Shown here: piece by piece, positions 12,561 through 24,152 of the stretch | How the letters are laid out: each line of letters begins with the position of its first letter | Numbering within the stretch: position 1 is the first letter of the stretch | DNA from: Octopus bimaculoides | Lineage: Eukaryota | Length of the DNA: 64,000 bases | Direction of reading: 5' to 3' | Assembly: GCF_001194135.2 (NCBI RefSeq) | Contig: NC_068993.1 | Coordinates: forward strand, 25,625,583 to 25,689,582 | Translations under genes and position numbers: made by a program | Notes under the pieces: generated by a model | Database searches by the model: none | What the model was told of the DNA's origin: nothing | What the model saw: the letters and a program-made list of their open reading frames with translations, nothing else

Positions 12561-12612
12561 ACTACCTACCTATCTATTTATCTATCTATCTAGCTGTCTG
12601 TCTGTCTATATA
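12140..12612. repeat. Long near-perfect inverted repeat (arms about 12140-12337 and 12411-12612, 73-bp spacer) containing (GATA)n
   Basis: The unique 80-bp portion differs at about 3 positions between arms, and the interrupted GATA/GGTA array is mirrored. Confidence 0.92.
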
Positions 12613-13113
12613 TATATATATACAGACAGACAGACAGACAGGTAGATAGATAGATAGATAGATAGATAGAAAGATAGACAGATTGATTGATAGAAAGATA
12701 GATAGATAGATAAAATATATATAAGAAAAGAGATGACAAATGAATGAATGATTATCTTATGGACTTCGTTAACTTACTGCTGTGTCCACAATAAGATGGG
12801 ATGGAATCATAGTTGAATGCCTGAGGAATAACTTATAGTTTCATCAGAGGTTCAAACACAAAGTTCCTGTAAGTTAATGAAGTTCATAAGGCAATTGTTT
12901 ATTCCTTTGTGATTTCTTTTTCACTCTGTACTCGAATAACTCTTCATTAATGGCATGTGTATGTTGAGTTCTACACCAGGTTATAAGTATGGCAATGCCA
13001 AAGTGATATATATATATATATATATAGGACAGCAAAAGAAAGAAAGAGACCTTGATATTATGTAAATAGAGGAATTTATCTGTAAAAATATGTGACACTT
13101 ATTCAGTAGCCAT

Positions 13114-13174
13114 GATAAAACTCCGAGTTTCGGATGCCGGGGTGGGAGCCCACACCAACATCTTTTCAGTTATC
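13114..13174 (-). ncRNA. Minimal type-I hammerhead ribozyme-like motif (degenerate core), PLE-type
   Basis: Minus strand GATAA-CTGAAAA-GATGTTGGTGTGG(GCTC)CCACCCCGGCATC-C-GAA-ACTC(G)GAGT-T-TTATC. Stem I is 5/5, stem II 12/13 pairs, stem III palindromic, triplet GUU. G8 appears changed to A. Confidence 0.65.
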
Positions 13175-13566
13175 CAGCCATTAAAAATTCCTGTGAAAAA
13201 TTACCATTAAACAAAGAAATTACAGTGTGGTGACCATCATTAAGACAAAAGAGCTAATAGACTGCTAAGTAAGGGGAGGCTTTCTGTTTTGCTCCAAAGT
13301 ATTTTGATTTTTCTTCCTTTTGTTTTTCTCTTTTCATTATTTCTGGAGGCTTTTGTTTTCTTCCTTTTGCAACCATCTCATCCTCTCATCTCTTTGGCTG
13401 TCTACATTGGAGGGGTCTGCCTACAGTATCTCCTCATTAGCAGGCCACTCAGTTGTGGCTTTGGCTTTGCTCTTTTGAGTGTCTACTGGGCCCAGGAGAC
13501 TTTACTTTTCCATTTCACTTTCTCCATCCTTACTGCAAGGATGACAAGAAGGATGTGATACATACA

Positions 13567-13597
<31 letters not shown>

Positions 13598-13606
13598 GTA
13601 TGTATG

Positions 13607-13913
13607 TATTCTTTGTAAACCTAGTACTTATTCTATTGGCCTCTTTTGCCGAACTGCTAAGTTATGGGGAAGTAAACACACTACCACCGGTTGTCAAGCA
13701 ATGTTGGGGGGACAAACATAGACACAGAAACATATACACACACATACATATATATATATACATATATACGATGGGATTCTTTCAGTTTCCATCAACCAAA
13801 TCCACTTACAAGGCTTTGGTTGGCCTGAGGCTATAGTAGAAGACACTTGCCCAAGGTGCCACGCAGTTGAAATGAACCCGGAACCTACTTACCACACAGC
13901 CACTCCTGTGCCT
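13607..13913 (-). mobile_element. tRNA-like SINE family B (CORE-like centre), head partly deleted
   Basis: Contains GGCACCTTGGGCAAGTGTCTTCTACTATAGCCTC and is homologous to the full copy at 23507-23940. Confidence 0.88.
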
Positions 13914-14420
13914 GTGTGTGTGTGTGTTTATGTATGTATCTGTGCATATGCAGTGACATGGTATCTTTATTAACATTGCTGGACAGATGCTTTATGCTGT
14001 CCTGCTCACTTGGTTGTTATGACGTCATCAATTTGACTAAAAGTTTTGCTGTCAGGAGTGACTCAAAAGCATGATCTTGTTCTCAGTTTCTCACTGAATG
14101 ATTATTTTTCTCTTTGACATTTCATTAGTCGTTGTTCATAACTCACATCTTATATTAACTTGTTTGCACAGAAATATTCAGATCAGATCCTAGAGCCACT
14201 TCCTTCAATTGAATAGGTATAATTGATAGGAAGTTTTGTCTATCTATAAGAAAAATCACACTACCTGGCTGAATCCATGTGTCGGCGTCTCTCAACCATT
14301 CATACTCCATTTTTTCTCATTATTTTCATAATTTATGTCCAAGACACCATCACTCCAACACACACATGCTAATGAAAAAATAAACTTTCTCACAATGATT
14401 CAAACAGATTCTCAACATAT

Positions 14421-14565
14421 AGGCACAGGTGTGGCTGTGCGGTAAGAAGTTTGCTTCCCAATGACATGGCTCAGGATTCAGACACACTGCATAGCACATT
14501 GGTCAAGTGTCTTTTACCACAGCCTTGGACCAAACAAAATCTTCTGAATGGATTTGATAGAAACA
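14421..14565 (+). mobile_element. SINE family B head/core fragment
   Basis: aggcacaggtgtggctgtgcggtaagaagtttgcttccc..ggtcaagtgtctt matches the family B head. Confidence 0.75.
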
Positions 14566-14794
14566 GGCCCATCATATATAATAATAATAATAATAATAAA
14601 AATATAGATAATATATATATATACAATAATATAAAATATATATATGCATATATATATATATATATATATACGTATTTGTACATACTTACATTTATATGTA
14701 TATATATATATATATGCATATGTGGCCACAGAACGTCGCGAAACGCGTACAACAGAAAATACGAAATACGCATACATGGAATATGAACTATTTT

Positions 14795-15680
14795 TTCAAA
14801 CAACAAAAGACACAAATGGAAAACAAGACAAACAACACAAAGAACAACCCTTCGTCAGTTGTTGGCTGTTTTTCTACTCTTGTATTTCGACCATTTAACA
14901 ACAATATATGCTTTCGATAAAACAGTTGCCCCTGCAAAGCAAATGAAATAAAATTTGTCTCCTGTTCAAGCTTGATTTACATATTCGCTACCACAATCTC
15001 ATTTAGACTTAGCAGCCCTTCCTATTAGTTTTCACTGTCCTGTTTGTGTTACCAATTTTGACCCTCCGCAAAATAGATGTAAGTATGTACATATACGTAT
15101 ATATATATGCATATATACCAGAGTAAGCACAAAAATGTGAAACAAGGTGGAAAAAAGAGTACTCAAATACCAGAGATAGAGTAATATGCTTTATTTAAAA
15201 GCAGCAGAAATATAACAAAAGCTGTTACTCAGAGTTTCATGTTCTGACAAACTGGAACGTGAAACTCTGAGTAACAGCTTTTCTTATAATTCTGCTGTTT
15301 TTAAATAAAGTATATGCATATATATATTTATATTATTATATGATTGAATGCCACGCATCCTCTTCTAAGTAAGTTTTATCTTAATAATTCTGATGCGCAT
15401 TCTACTATCTTTTTACTCTTTTGTTTTTTCTCTCTTTCTCTCTCTTATTCTTTTATCTCTTCTTCTCCTATTATTCTATCCTATTACTCTTTCGTTCTTT
15501 TCTTTCTTATACTTCTACCTCCTTTTCCCTCCTTCCTGTTTTTTCTTACTCATCCTATCTCTAAAGCGTATATTGTTGCTAAATGGTCAAAATACGAGAG
15601 TAAAAAACAACCAAAAACTGATGAAGGATCGTTCTTTGTGTTATTTATCTTGTTTTCCATTTGTATCTTTCATTGTGAAA
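14795..15680. repeat. Nested inverted repeats: outer arms about 14795-14920 / 15560-15680, inner 56-bp hairpin 15189-15244 / 15255-15310
   Basis: Inner arms ctttatttaaaagcagcagaaatataacaaaagctgttactcagagtttcatgttc vs its reverse complement differ at about 4 positions, with a 10-bp loop. Outer arms are about 80% identical by eye. Confidence 0.9.
15244..15277 (+). ncRNA. Degenerate hammerhead-like motif at the fold-back junction
   Basis: CTGACAA-ACTGGAACGT-GAA-ACTC(T)GAGT-A-ACAG. Palindromic stem III and GUA triplet present; core G8>A; the stem I 5' strand is replaced by the inverted arm. Confidence 0.45.
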
Positions 15681-15714
15681 GCGAAATCACGATGGCACCT
15701 GTACTAGTGGAGCG

Positions 15715-16136
15715 CTAAGAGCACCGTCCAAGCGTGATCGTTACCAGAGCAGTTGTCTGGCTTCCATGCCAGTGGCATGTAAATAACACCATTTGAGCAC
15801 GATCATTACCAACATCGCCTTCCTGGCATGTGAAAAGACATTCAAGCGAGGTCGTTGCCAGTGCCGCTGGACTGGCTCCTGTGCAGGTGGCACGCAAAAT
15901 ACACCATCTTGAGCGTGGCCGTTGCCAGTACTGCCCGACTTGCCTTCGTACTGGTGGCATGTAAATGCACCCACTACACTCTCGGAGTGGTTGGCGTTAG
16001 GAAGGGCATCCAGCTGTAGAAACTCTGCCAAATCAGATTGGAGCTTGGTGTAGCCATCTGGTTCACCAGTCCTCAGTCAAATCGTCCAACCCATGCTAGC
16101 ATGGAAAGCGGACATTAAACAATGATGATGATGATA
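15715..16136 (+). mobile_element. RTE-like LINE 3' UTR fragment with about 65-bp tandem units and (GAT)n tail
   Basis: Homologous to 47200-47571, which follows the RTE RT ORF. Confidence 0.88.
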
Positions 16137-16957
16137 TATATATATACATGTATGTATGTGTGTCTTTGTGTCTGTGTTTGTCCCCACTACTGCCACTTGA
16201 CAACTGCTGTTGGTGTGCTTATATCCCTGTAACTTAGCAGTTTAGCAAAAAAGACTGATAGAATATGTACCAGGCTTAAAAAAAAATGAATAAGTACTAG
16301 GTTCAATTCATCCTCAAGCGGATGCCCCAGTATGGCCACTGTCTAATAACTGATACAAATAAAAGATAAAAAATATTGTCTCCAGCATTTTTTTTTCCTT
16401 CAAAGAAGCAATTTTACCTGTGATCCTAATTTTTATTTAACTTTTGGAATTCTGTTTGTTTTACATTTTACTGCTGCTGTTCCTTATCTACCACAATTAA
16501 CTGTTAAGATTTCTTATATTAAAAGATTCATCTTTATTTACATTACAATCGTCTGTGGTCATCTAATACACCCTTGCCATCATCATCATGATTATCATCA
16601 CCATCATCATTGCTTTTATGTCTACTTCTTCTATGTGCCAGCATGGGTTGGATGACACACAGTGAGATATCATTTCATGGCCTGGTGCCATTACTGTGGC
16701 CACCTTTTGCCTATTTCTTAAACAGAGTATTCCACTGGACTTCACACATCAAAACCAACCAAACAGCCAAAATCACCATCACCGAAAGAGTGTCAATGTG
16801 ACGACACACAGAAATAATATGGAAATAAACGCACATGCACATATAAATATACACATATGCATGTGTGTATGTGCATGTGTGTATGTGCATGTGTATACAT
16901 ATATACATATATATACATGCATGTACATGTGCATAATACATACACACACATATATAC

Positions 16958-16988
<31 letters not shown>

Positions 16989-17251
16989 AGCATACAGATA
17001 TATATGTATGCACGTATATATACATGTATGTGGTTCTAGTTCAATCTTCCTTCCTTTCTCACCTAATTATCTCCCCTATATAATTTTATTTCCAAATTTA
17101 TTTCCAATGTTTAATTCAATAATTTAATGATGTATGCGCTTTTACCTCCAAATGGATTTTTATTATATTTTCTTGTCTTTCAAACTGAATAGCCTTTTGT
17201 GTCAAATATTGCTACATGCTTACATTTATACACAGACACGCACACGCACAC

Positions 17252-17287
<36 letters not shown>

Positions 17288-17443
17288 CACATACAATTTA
17301 TACAAATACATGTATGCACATGCACATATGTGTATGTAATATGATAGAATATAATGCAATATAAATTGATATAATATAATAATAAACATACACACACACT
17401 TACTCAAATAGTACATGTGTTTATTTTACATACACACACACAA

Positions 17444-17662
17444 TGATGGGGTGCTGAAAAGTTGCTGGCTTTAAGGATATCATGAATGGTCTGGTTAGAA
17501 GCCTAACCTGATGAGTTCTTTGACAGGGCTTTGAAAAACTGAAGAACCACTGAAATAAGTATGTGAATCTGTGAGGAGTGTATTTTGCATAAATTTATAG
17601 TTAACTGATCCTCCTGTATTTTCTTTTACCCAAAGCAGGGAACATTTTGGCACCCCTTCATA
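17444..17662 (+). mobile_element. Mariner-derived MITE, second copy
   Basis: Colinear with 3573-3793, with the same TIR pattern. Confidence 0.78.
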
Positions 17663-18086
17663 TGTGTATTCATATAAATACATAGATGTGTATAATCATT
17701 TTAACATTCACTTTTCTATTTATTCATGAGTCAGACAAGAATCATTGCGACAGATTTTCTACAAGCAGTTGTTGTTCTTCTTCTTGCCAACCCTCACTCT
17801 CCAAACAAGGTAACTTTTTCCCTTAGAATGGACATAAAAAGAATCAAACATTAATTGAAGAGTCACTCAATGGCTTAAGTGGAGTATCACATTTATTTTT
17901 TCCAGGAAAATGTTGACAGTGACTTTGAAGTTTCTCTAGTTGTTGGGTAGTGAGACTGTGCAATCATTGTCAATCTTTTCTTTGTAAATATCATCATTAT
18001 CATTATCGCCATCATCATTTAATGTCCATGTTCTCTGCTGGTATGGGTTATGTATGTATGTGTGTACTTATGTATGCTTATGTGTT

Positions 18087-18166
<80 letters not shown>

Positions 18167-18581
18167 TAGATATAAATAAATATTTTATTTGATTGCCAAA
18201 AATATTGCATTATAAATCAATGATGACAAATGGACATGTCTGGACTACTGATCAGTCAAAATATCACCATCAATTCCGCCAGCATCATCACCACTACCAT
18301 CACTACCATCAGCATCATCAACATGTTCACAGTCCTTACAAGTAACACCAAGACTAGCCATAATGTTATTATCACCATTTTTGCAATCATCTCTGCCATC
18401 ATAATGCATGCCATCACCCCCATCATTACATCTAAATCCAACATTATTATTACCAGTGAGGTAACTTCTTTTATGTATTTCTTTGAAATTGCATAATCTG
18501 CTCAAAATAACAACCACAGCTGGCACAATGAACTCCCTGCTCTCTTTAAAAGAGGGACTTGTTCTAAATATTAGATTAATC

Positions 18582-18797
18582 TAAGGTGGTGAGCTGGCAG
18601 AACTGTTAGCATGCTGGGTGAAATACTTAGCAGCATTTTGTCCGTCTTCACGTTCTGCATTCAAATTCCATCATGGCTGACTTTGTCTTTCATCCTTTCA
18701 GGGTCAATAAAATTAGTACCAGTTGAACATTAGCATTGACGTAATCAGCTTAGCCCCTCCCCCAAAATTGTTGGCCTTGAGCCAAACTTTGTAATCA
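18582..18797 (+). mobile_element. tRNA-like SINE family A
   Basis: taaggtggtgagctggcagaactgttagc head, ttcaaattcc B-box-like motif, ctttcatcctttcagggtcaataaaa core. Confidence 0.85.
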
Positions 18798-18883
18798 ATG
18801 TGTGTGTAAATATAAACAAACTAACATTTGTTTTTATTAGAAGCATCGAAATGTGTATTGTATGATACAAACAAGAAGATATG

Positions 18884-19055
18884 TTTTCAAATGCAGAATT
18901 GCTGATAGAACAGCAGAGATACTTGGTAAATTACCCTTACAAGGCAGAAAAATTTGTTGACAAACAGTCCTTACAAGTAACACCAATTTTTTACGCCTTG
19001 TTAGGGTAATTTATCTAGTATTTCTGCTGTTCAAATGGCAATTCTGTGTTCAAAA
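18884..19055. repeat. Fold-back element: about 70-bp imperfect inverted arms with about 29-bp spacer
   Basis: gcagaattgctgatagaacagcagagatacttggtaaattacccttacaaggc vs reverse complement of gccttgttagggtaatttatctagtatttctgctgttcaaatggcaattctgt, about 80% identical. Confidence 0.85.
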
Positions 19056-20575
19056 AAATATCTTTGTCTTATTTGAAATCAATATTAGATTAGCCTATCT
19101 TATAATAAAGAAATGCCAACCAAATGGTACAGACTTGACTATAAGTTTAAAATGTACACTTCACAACCATACAGTTTGAATTTGATCCCACTGCATTGTA
19201 TCTTGTGCAGATATCTTCTGCCATATCATCATCATCATCATCATCATCTCATTGGGGTTGGGCAACTTTCCCAGACCAATGCAACCCTTGCATGCCAGAT
19301 GTCACAATGAAGTGATATGATATGGGTTTTAGTCACATTGGTCTTTCTATAGCTGAAACATCTCATCTGTGCATGCCATAACTCAGGTCCATTGCCAGAC
19401 TTTGGTGCCTGGAGGTGCCTCAGAATATTCTGGGTGGGCATTAATTTGTAATCATGCTAAAGTGGATTTTTGAAATAAGTGTGTCACAGTAAATCCAGGT
19501 GTGCACCATTGAGTGGGAAAGTGCTGTCCAGTGCCCACCCTTAGCAACAGAAATGCTGTAACTACAGGTGGTAGCAGTGAACTGATTGATCTTGACCATT
19601 TAGAGTCCATTTTCTGTTCATCTGCTCAGCATCTAGTGATATTCACCATTGACTTAATAAGTTAATGAGCTAAATAGTTCATATCCACCATGTTGCACCT
19701 CATGGTTTCAATATACCTTTGCTTGTGGGGCATCCTATTTAACCCATAGCTGGGACTCCTGATAAATACTACTACTCCAAATAAGAGCAGACCTGGGAAC
19801 AATAGGGGCTCAGAAGTGGTTCCATACACCTCAAAACTCTGGAGCTTCTAAACCAGGACTCCACTACCTGATGCAATTTAAAGTCATACCTAGAACTTAG
19901 GTCATGACTTTGGCTTAACCAAGATCTTAACAGTAGAATTTGATAGACAGAAACTATTTTAAAGAATTCTTGTGTGTGTGTGTGTGTCTTTGTCTTTACC
20001 AGTAAACATTGATGAAGACTATAAACATTGGTGAGAAAACAAACACTATTGAGGCTCTCTTATTATAAGACATGCAGAGAATTACTGATTGGTCCATTGG
20101 AAATATGGAGCAAACAACACTTTATTTTTTTTATAATAACTGCATTCTGTTACCCTACTGCTAACATGCCTTAGGTGAATACATATTATGGATGAATTAT
20201 TTTGCAGCCAGATATTAAACTTTACCTATTTTTTCAACAAGAGATTTTTCATTCTACTTGTCTTTGAAAGCACACAGAATCGTTTTGTTGGTAGAGAATG
20301 TCAATAGACATCATTGTTTGAAGCTGGAACAATTAGCATATTAGTCATTGACTAGTATTATCTCCCCACCACACACACACACACACATAATTATTTCTCA
20401 TTAGCTATTTAATGCTTATTACAGTCAGCCATCACTCACAAGTGAATATAGCTTAGTAATGTATCCCATACTTTTTACTAATTGTGTTAGGTGCCAACGT
20501 AGTCAAGAGCAGACATAGACACTTTCTCAACCACCTCACCCTTGATCCAACAACATATCAAGGATGTGACAGCTG

Positions 20576-20629
<54 letters not shown>

Positions 20630-21649
20630 TGCACCAACACCTGGGTGGCACTCATTATGGCTGAGTGGATGAGATTTAAGTACCTTGCTCAAGGACACAG
20701 TGTACTGCCCAGTCCAGGGATTAAACTCACAATTTTAAAATCATAAGCAAAACACCTAATCACTTGACCACACATCTTCACTACATTATGTATGGTAACA
20801 CTAACTTGCCTATGTAATCTATGGGACATGACATATCAGCAGATGGAATTGAAAACCATTATAAATTATGTGTCACTGTATGTATGTGAGTGGCAATGAT
20901 TAATCAAGAAATGTGAGTCATTAGAGTGTTATTGAACAGCTAAAGTCTTGGTGGTTTCTGTCTTATGAGGCCTTTGTCAAAATCACTTTCAGTGACTCAG
21001 GCTACAAAGCTATAGATAGAAACCATTACAAGAGACAAGTTACTGCAGTAAGCAGCAAGATTTGAAGACTTTCTGCAAGAACTGAGTGTTATGTTAAGTT
21101 GCCAAGGAAAAGGTATCACAAAGCCATTAGTGAAGCATTTTCCCTTGACTCTTTAGATGATGAGAAAGTCTTCAGTGGTGCCCAACAACCTACCTGTTTC
21201 TAGTAACCAAAAGAACAACTGTAACCTTATATAACAGTAGGTTTATGATGAAGTTAAATGAACAGTACAATACAATCCTGTAAGATGTGATCATGTGTGT
21301 ATCAGGGTGTGTGATGTAGACAAGCGATAAGCAGACAAAATAACAGCAACAAAAGTATGAGATGTGGCAAAATACAAGTGAAGATTGATTGAAGCAAACA
21401 AGAGAATGTAGAGTGAAAGTCTGACAAAACAAAAGATGTAAAGAAATGTCAGGAAAAGATGCCGAATGAGGCTGGATTTCAAACTGAACAATTGATGGAA
21501 AATATATAAAAGAATGATTGGAAATGGTGGAAATTTTTAGGTTTTGTTACTTCCAATATTAGAGACGAGTTTTATCAATAATATCAGCTTGTGGGTATTG
21601 ATCTGAAATTGGTATGGAGTTATCTAATGGAGATTGTTGTAATTTTAAA

Positions 21650-21688
<39 letters not shown>

Positions 21689-21719
21689 TGTGTTTGTGTG
21701 TGTATGTGTGTGTGAGTGA

Positions 21720-21765
<46 letters not shown>

Positions 21766-22940
21766 ATGTGTGTGAGACTAAATGAGATTTATTGTTAGTA
21801 TACAAGGAATTATTGAAGTATATGTGTGAGTATGAGACAGAGAGAGAAAGTTAATATATGGGTGTCATTGAGTATACATGTATGTCTGTCTGTATGTATG
21901 CACAATAGACATGTCATTGTGTGAAGGATTGTAAGTATAAATTGGTATACATAAGCAAGAATATATATGAATGAGATGGAGGGAATGAGAGAGAAAGTTA
22001 GTGAAAATAAATGAATCAGAGAAAGAAAGGAGAAGTGAAGAAGTACCTAGTTTTATAGATCTAATGGTAGCTATACACAGTGAAAGTGATATAGATGATT
22101 GCACAAAAACACAAGCAGACATATAATCATGCACACACATGCCTGTGTATGGGCACAGGTGGAGGAGGAGGAGGAGAAGAAGCTGCTGTGGACAAAACAC
22201 TTCTCAATAAATCCAACAGTTACTATTAGAGTTGAAATTTTGCTTTTAAAATTTTTATCTGAATTATTCACATAAATTGATATTTTATATCACAGACCAT
22301 TGCTTTAAAAAAAAAAATACACGTGTCCACCACACATTCTCCCTCTCCCTCCTCTCTCTCTCTCTCACACACATACACATACACAAACCAGCAGACTTAT
22401 TAACACATGAACACAGAAGCACTATCTTATACACATGAATAAACATAACAGTTTCACAGTTACAGCAATCTGTTAGGGTGGCCATCAAAGAATCAATGGT
22501 TATTCATCTTTAACAAGAGGTCAGCCCTGATCAAGCAGCCCAACGATCTAATTTCTATCTGTATGGGTTTTTTTTTCAAATGCAATAAATATATCTAGGA
22601 CTACACAGTCCAATGTTTTTTTTGTTTTTTTTTGTCAAAGCAATAGAATCTGAATTGAAAGGTATTTGACTGCCGTTTCTAGCAAGTCAAATGTCAGCAT
22701 AGAAGTTCCCTTGTTGACTTTCCATTGACTTATCCGTGGTTTGTATAGTGATAATAATGTTCTACTAGCATTCACTGCCTCAATCCATCATGTTATAGAC
22801 AAGTACCATGTGGAGGTACAATTAATATCTATAAGCAACGAGGAGAACTGTTTAACTGAACACTATCTTATTGACTGACAATACTGGTCAATGTTTCCAT
22901 TGACCAGTGACAAGGAGATGGATGGGGACAAAATATTTAC

Positions 22941-22971
<31 letters not shown>

Positions 22972-23506
22972 TAGAAAAGTAATTGTTAACCTGGTTTGAC
23001 AGTACCTCTTTGGAGCCTTGTGAACTTACAGGGCAGGGGGTAAATTATTAAGCGGGTGTTAAGTGGGGTTCTGAGTAGTTCACATTTTTACAACGCATCC
23101 TTGTCATAATTAGAATATGAGTCAGACATTGTATTATCAGTGAGCTGGAAACATTACTGATGAGAAGCTAAAGTCTATAGAAATTTCATTAAGCAGTTTT
23201 GTTTAAAATTTAACTAGAGGTGTCCTAATCTAGGCAAGTATCTGAAAATCAAAATAAAAGGTACTTGCAGGAATAACAAACCACTGCACAAAATTAGCTT
23301 TTGTTTAATTAAAATAATCTGCATTTTAGTGAGTGAGTGAGTGTTTGTGCACGAGCGTGTGTGCTTGCGTGCTCGTGCACATGCAAGAACATGCAAAAGG
23401 GGCATTTATGAAGGTTGGGGTGGAATTCAGCTACAAAAGATTAACAATCATTGCTTTAAAAGATTGCCAAATGAAACAATGTAAGACCCACAATATTTAT
23501 TATCCA

Positions 23507-23693
23507 AGGCACAGGCATGGCTGTGTGGTTAGTAGCTTACTTAATAACCACGTGGTTCTAGGTTCAGTTCCACTGTGTGGCACCTTGGGTAAGTGTCTTC
23601 TACTATAGCCTCGGGCTGACCAAAGCCTTGTGAGTGAATTTGGTAGACAGAAACTGAAAGAAGCCCATCGTATATATGTGTGTGTGTGTGTTT

Positions 23694-23725
<32 letters not shown>

Positions 23726-23940
23726 NNNNNNNNNNNNNNNNNNNNNNNNNCCCCCCCCCCCAACATCGCTTGACAACAGATGCTGGTGTGTTTATGTCCC
23801 CGTAACTTAGCGGTTCGGTAAAGAGACCGATAGAATGAGTACTAGGCTTACAAAGAATAAGTTCTGGGGTCGATTTGTTCAACTAAAGGCGGTGCTCTAG
23901 CATGGCCACAGTCAAATGACTGAAACAAATAAAAGAATAA
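23507..23940 (+). mobile_element. SINE family B, full length, internal (TG)n with small gap
   Basis: tRNA-like head (GGTTCAGTTCC), CORE-like centre, internal microsatellite, A-rich end gaaacaaataaaagaataaa. Confidence 0.9.
23726..23750. other. Assembly gap (N run)
   Basis: N bases. Confidence 1.
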
Positions 23941-23948
23941 ATCTCTGA

Positions 23949-24152
23949 AATATTGGTTTCAAATTTTGGCACAAGGTCAATAATTTTGGGGGAGGGGTTA
24001 AGTCAATTCCATTGCCCCAGTGTTCAAATGCTACTTATTTTACTGAAAGGCAAAGTCAACCATGGCAGAATTTGAACTCAGAATATAAAGACAGACAAAA
24101 TGCTGCTAAGCTTTTTCTCAGCATGCTAATGATTCTGCCAGTTTGCTGTCAT
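23949..24152 (-). mobile_element. SINE family A, diverged, tail-to-tail with the family B copy
   Basis: Family A core and head motifs in reverse orientation. Confidence 0.8.

Noticed and set aside
14740-14755. GAAACGCGTA, resembling the 3' half of a hammerhead with palindromic stem III
   Set aside because: No CUGANGA upstream on the same strand; the sequence runs into a microsatellite.
15715-15965. Regularly spaced repeats resembling a CRISPR-like array
   Set aside because: The units are contiguous tandem repeats of the RTE 3' UTR without unique spacers, in eukaryotic context with no cas genes.
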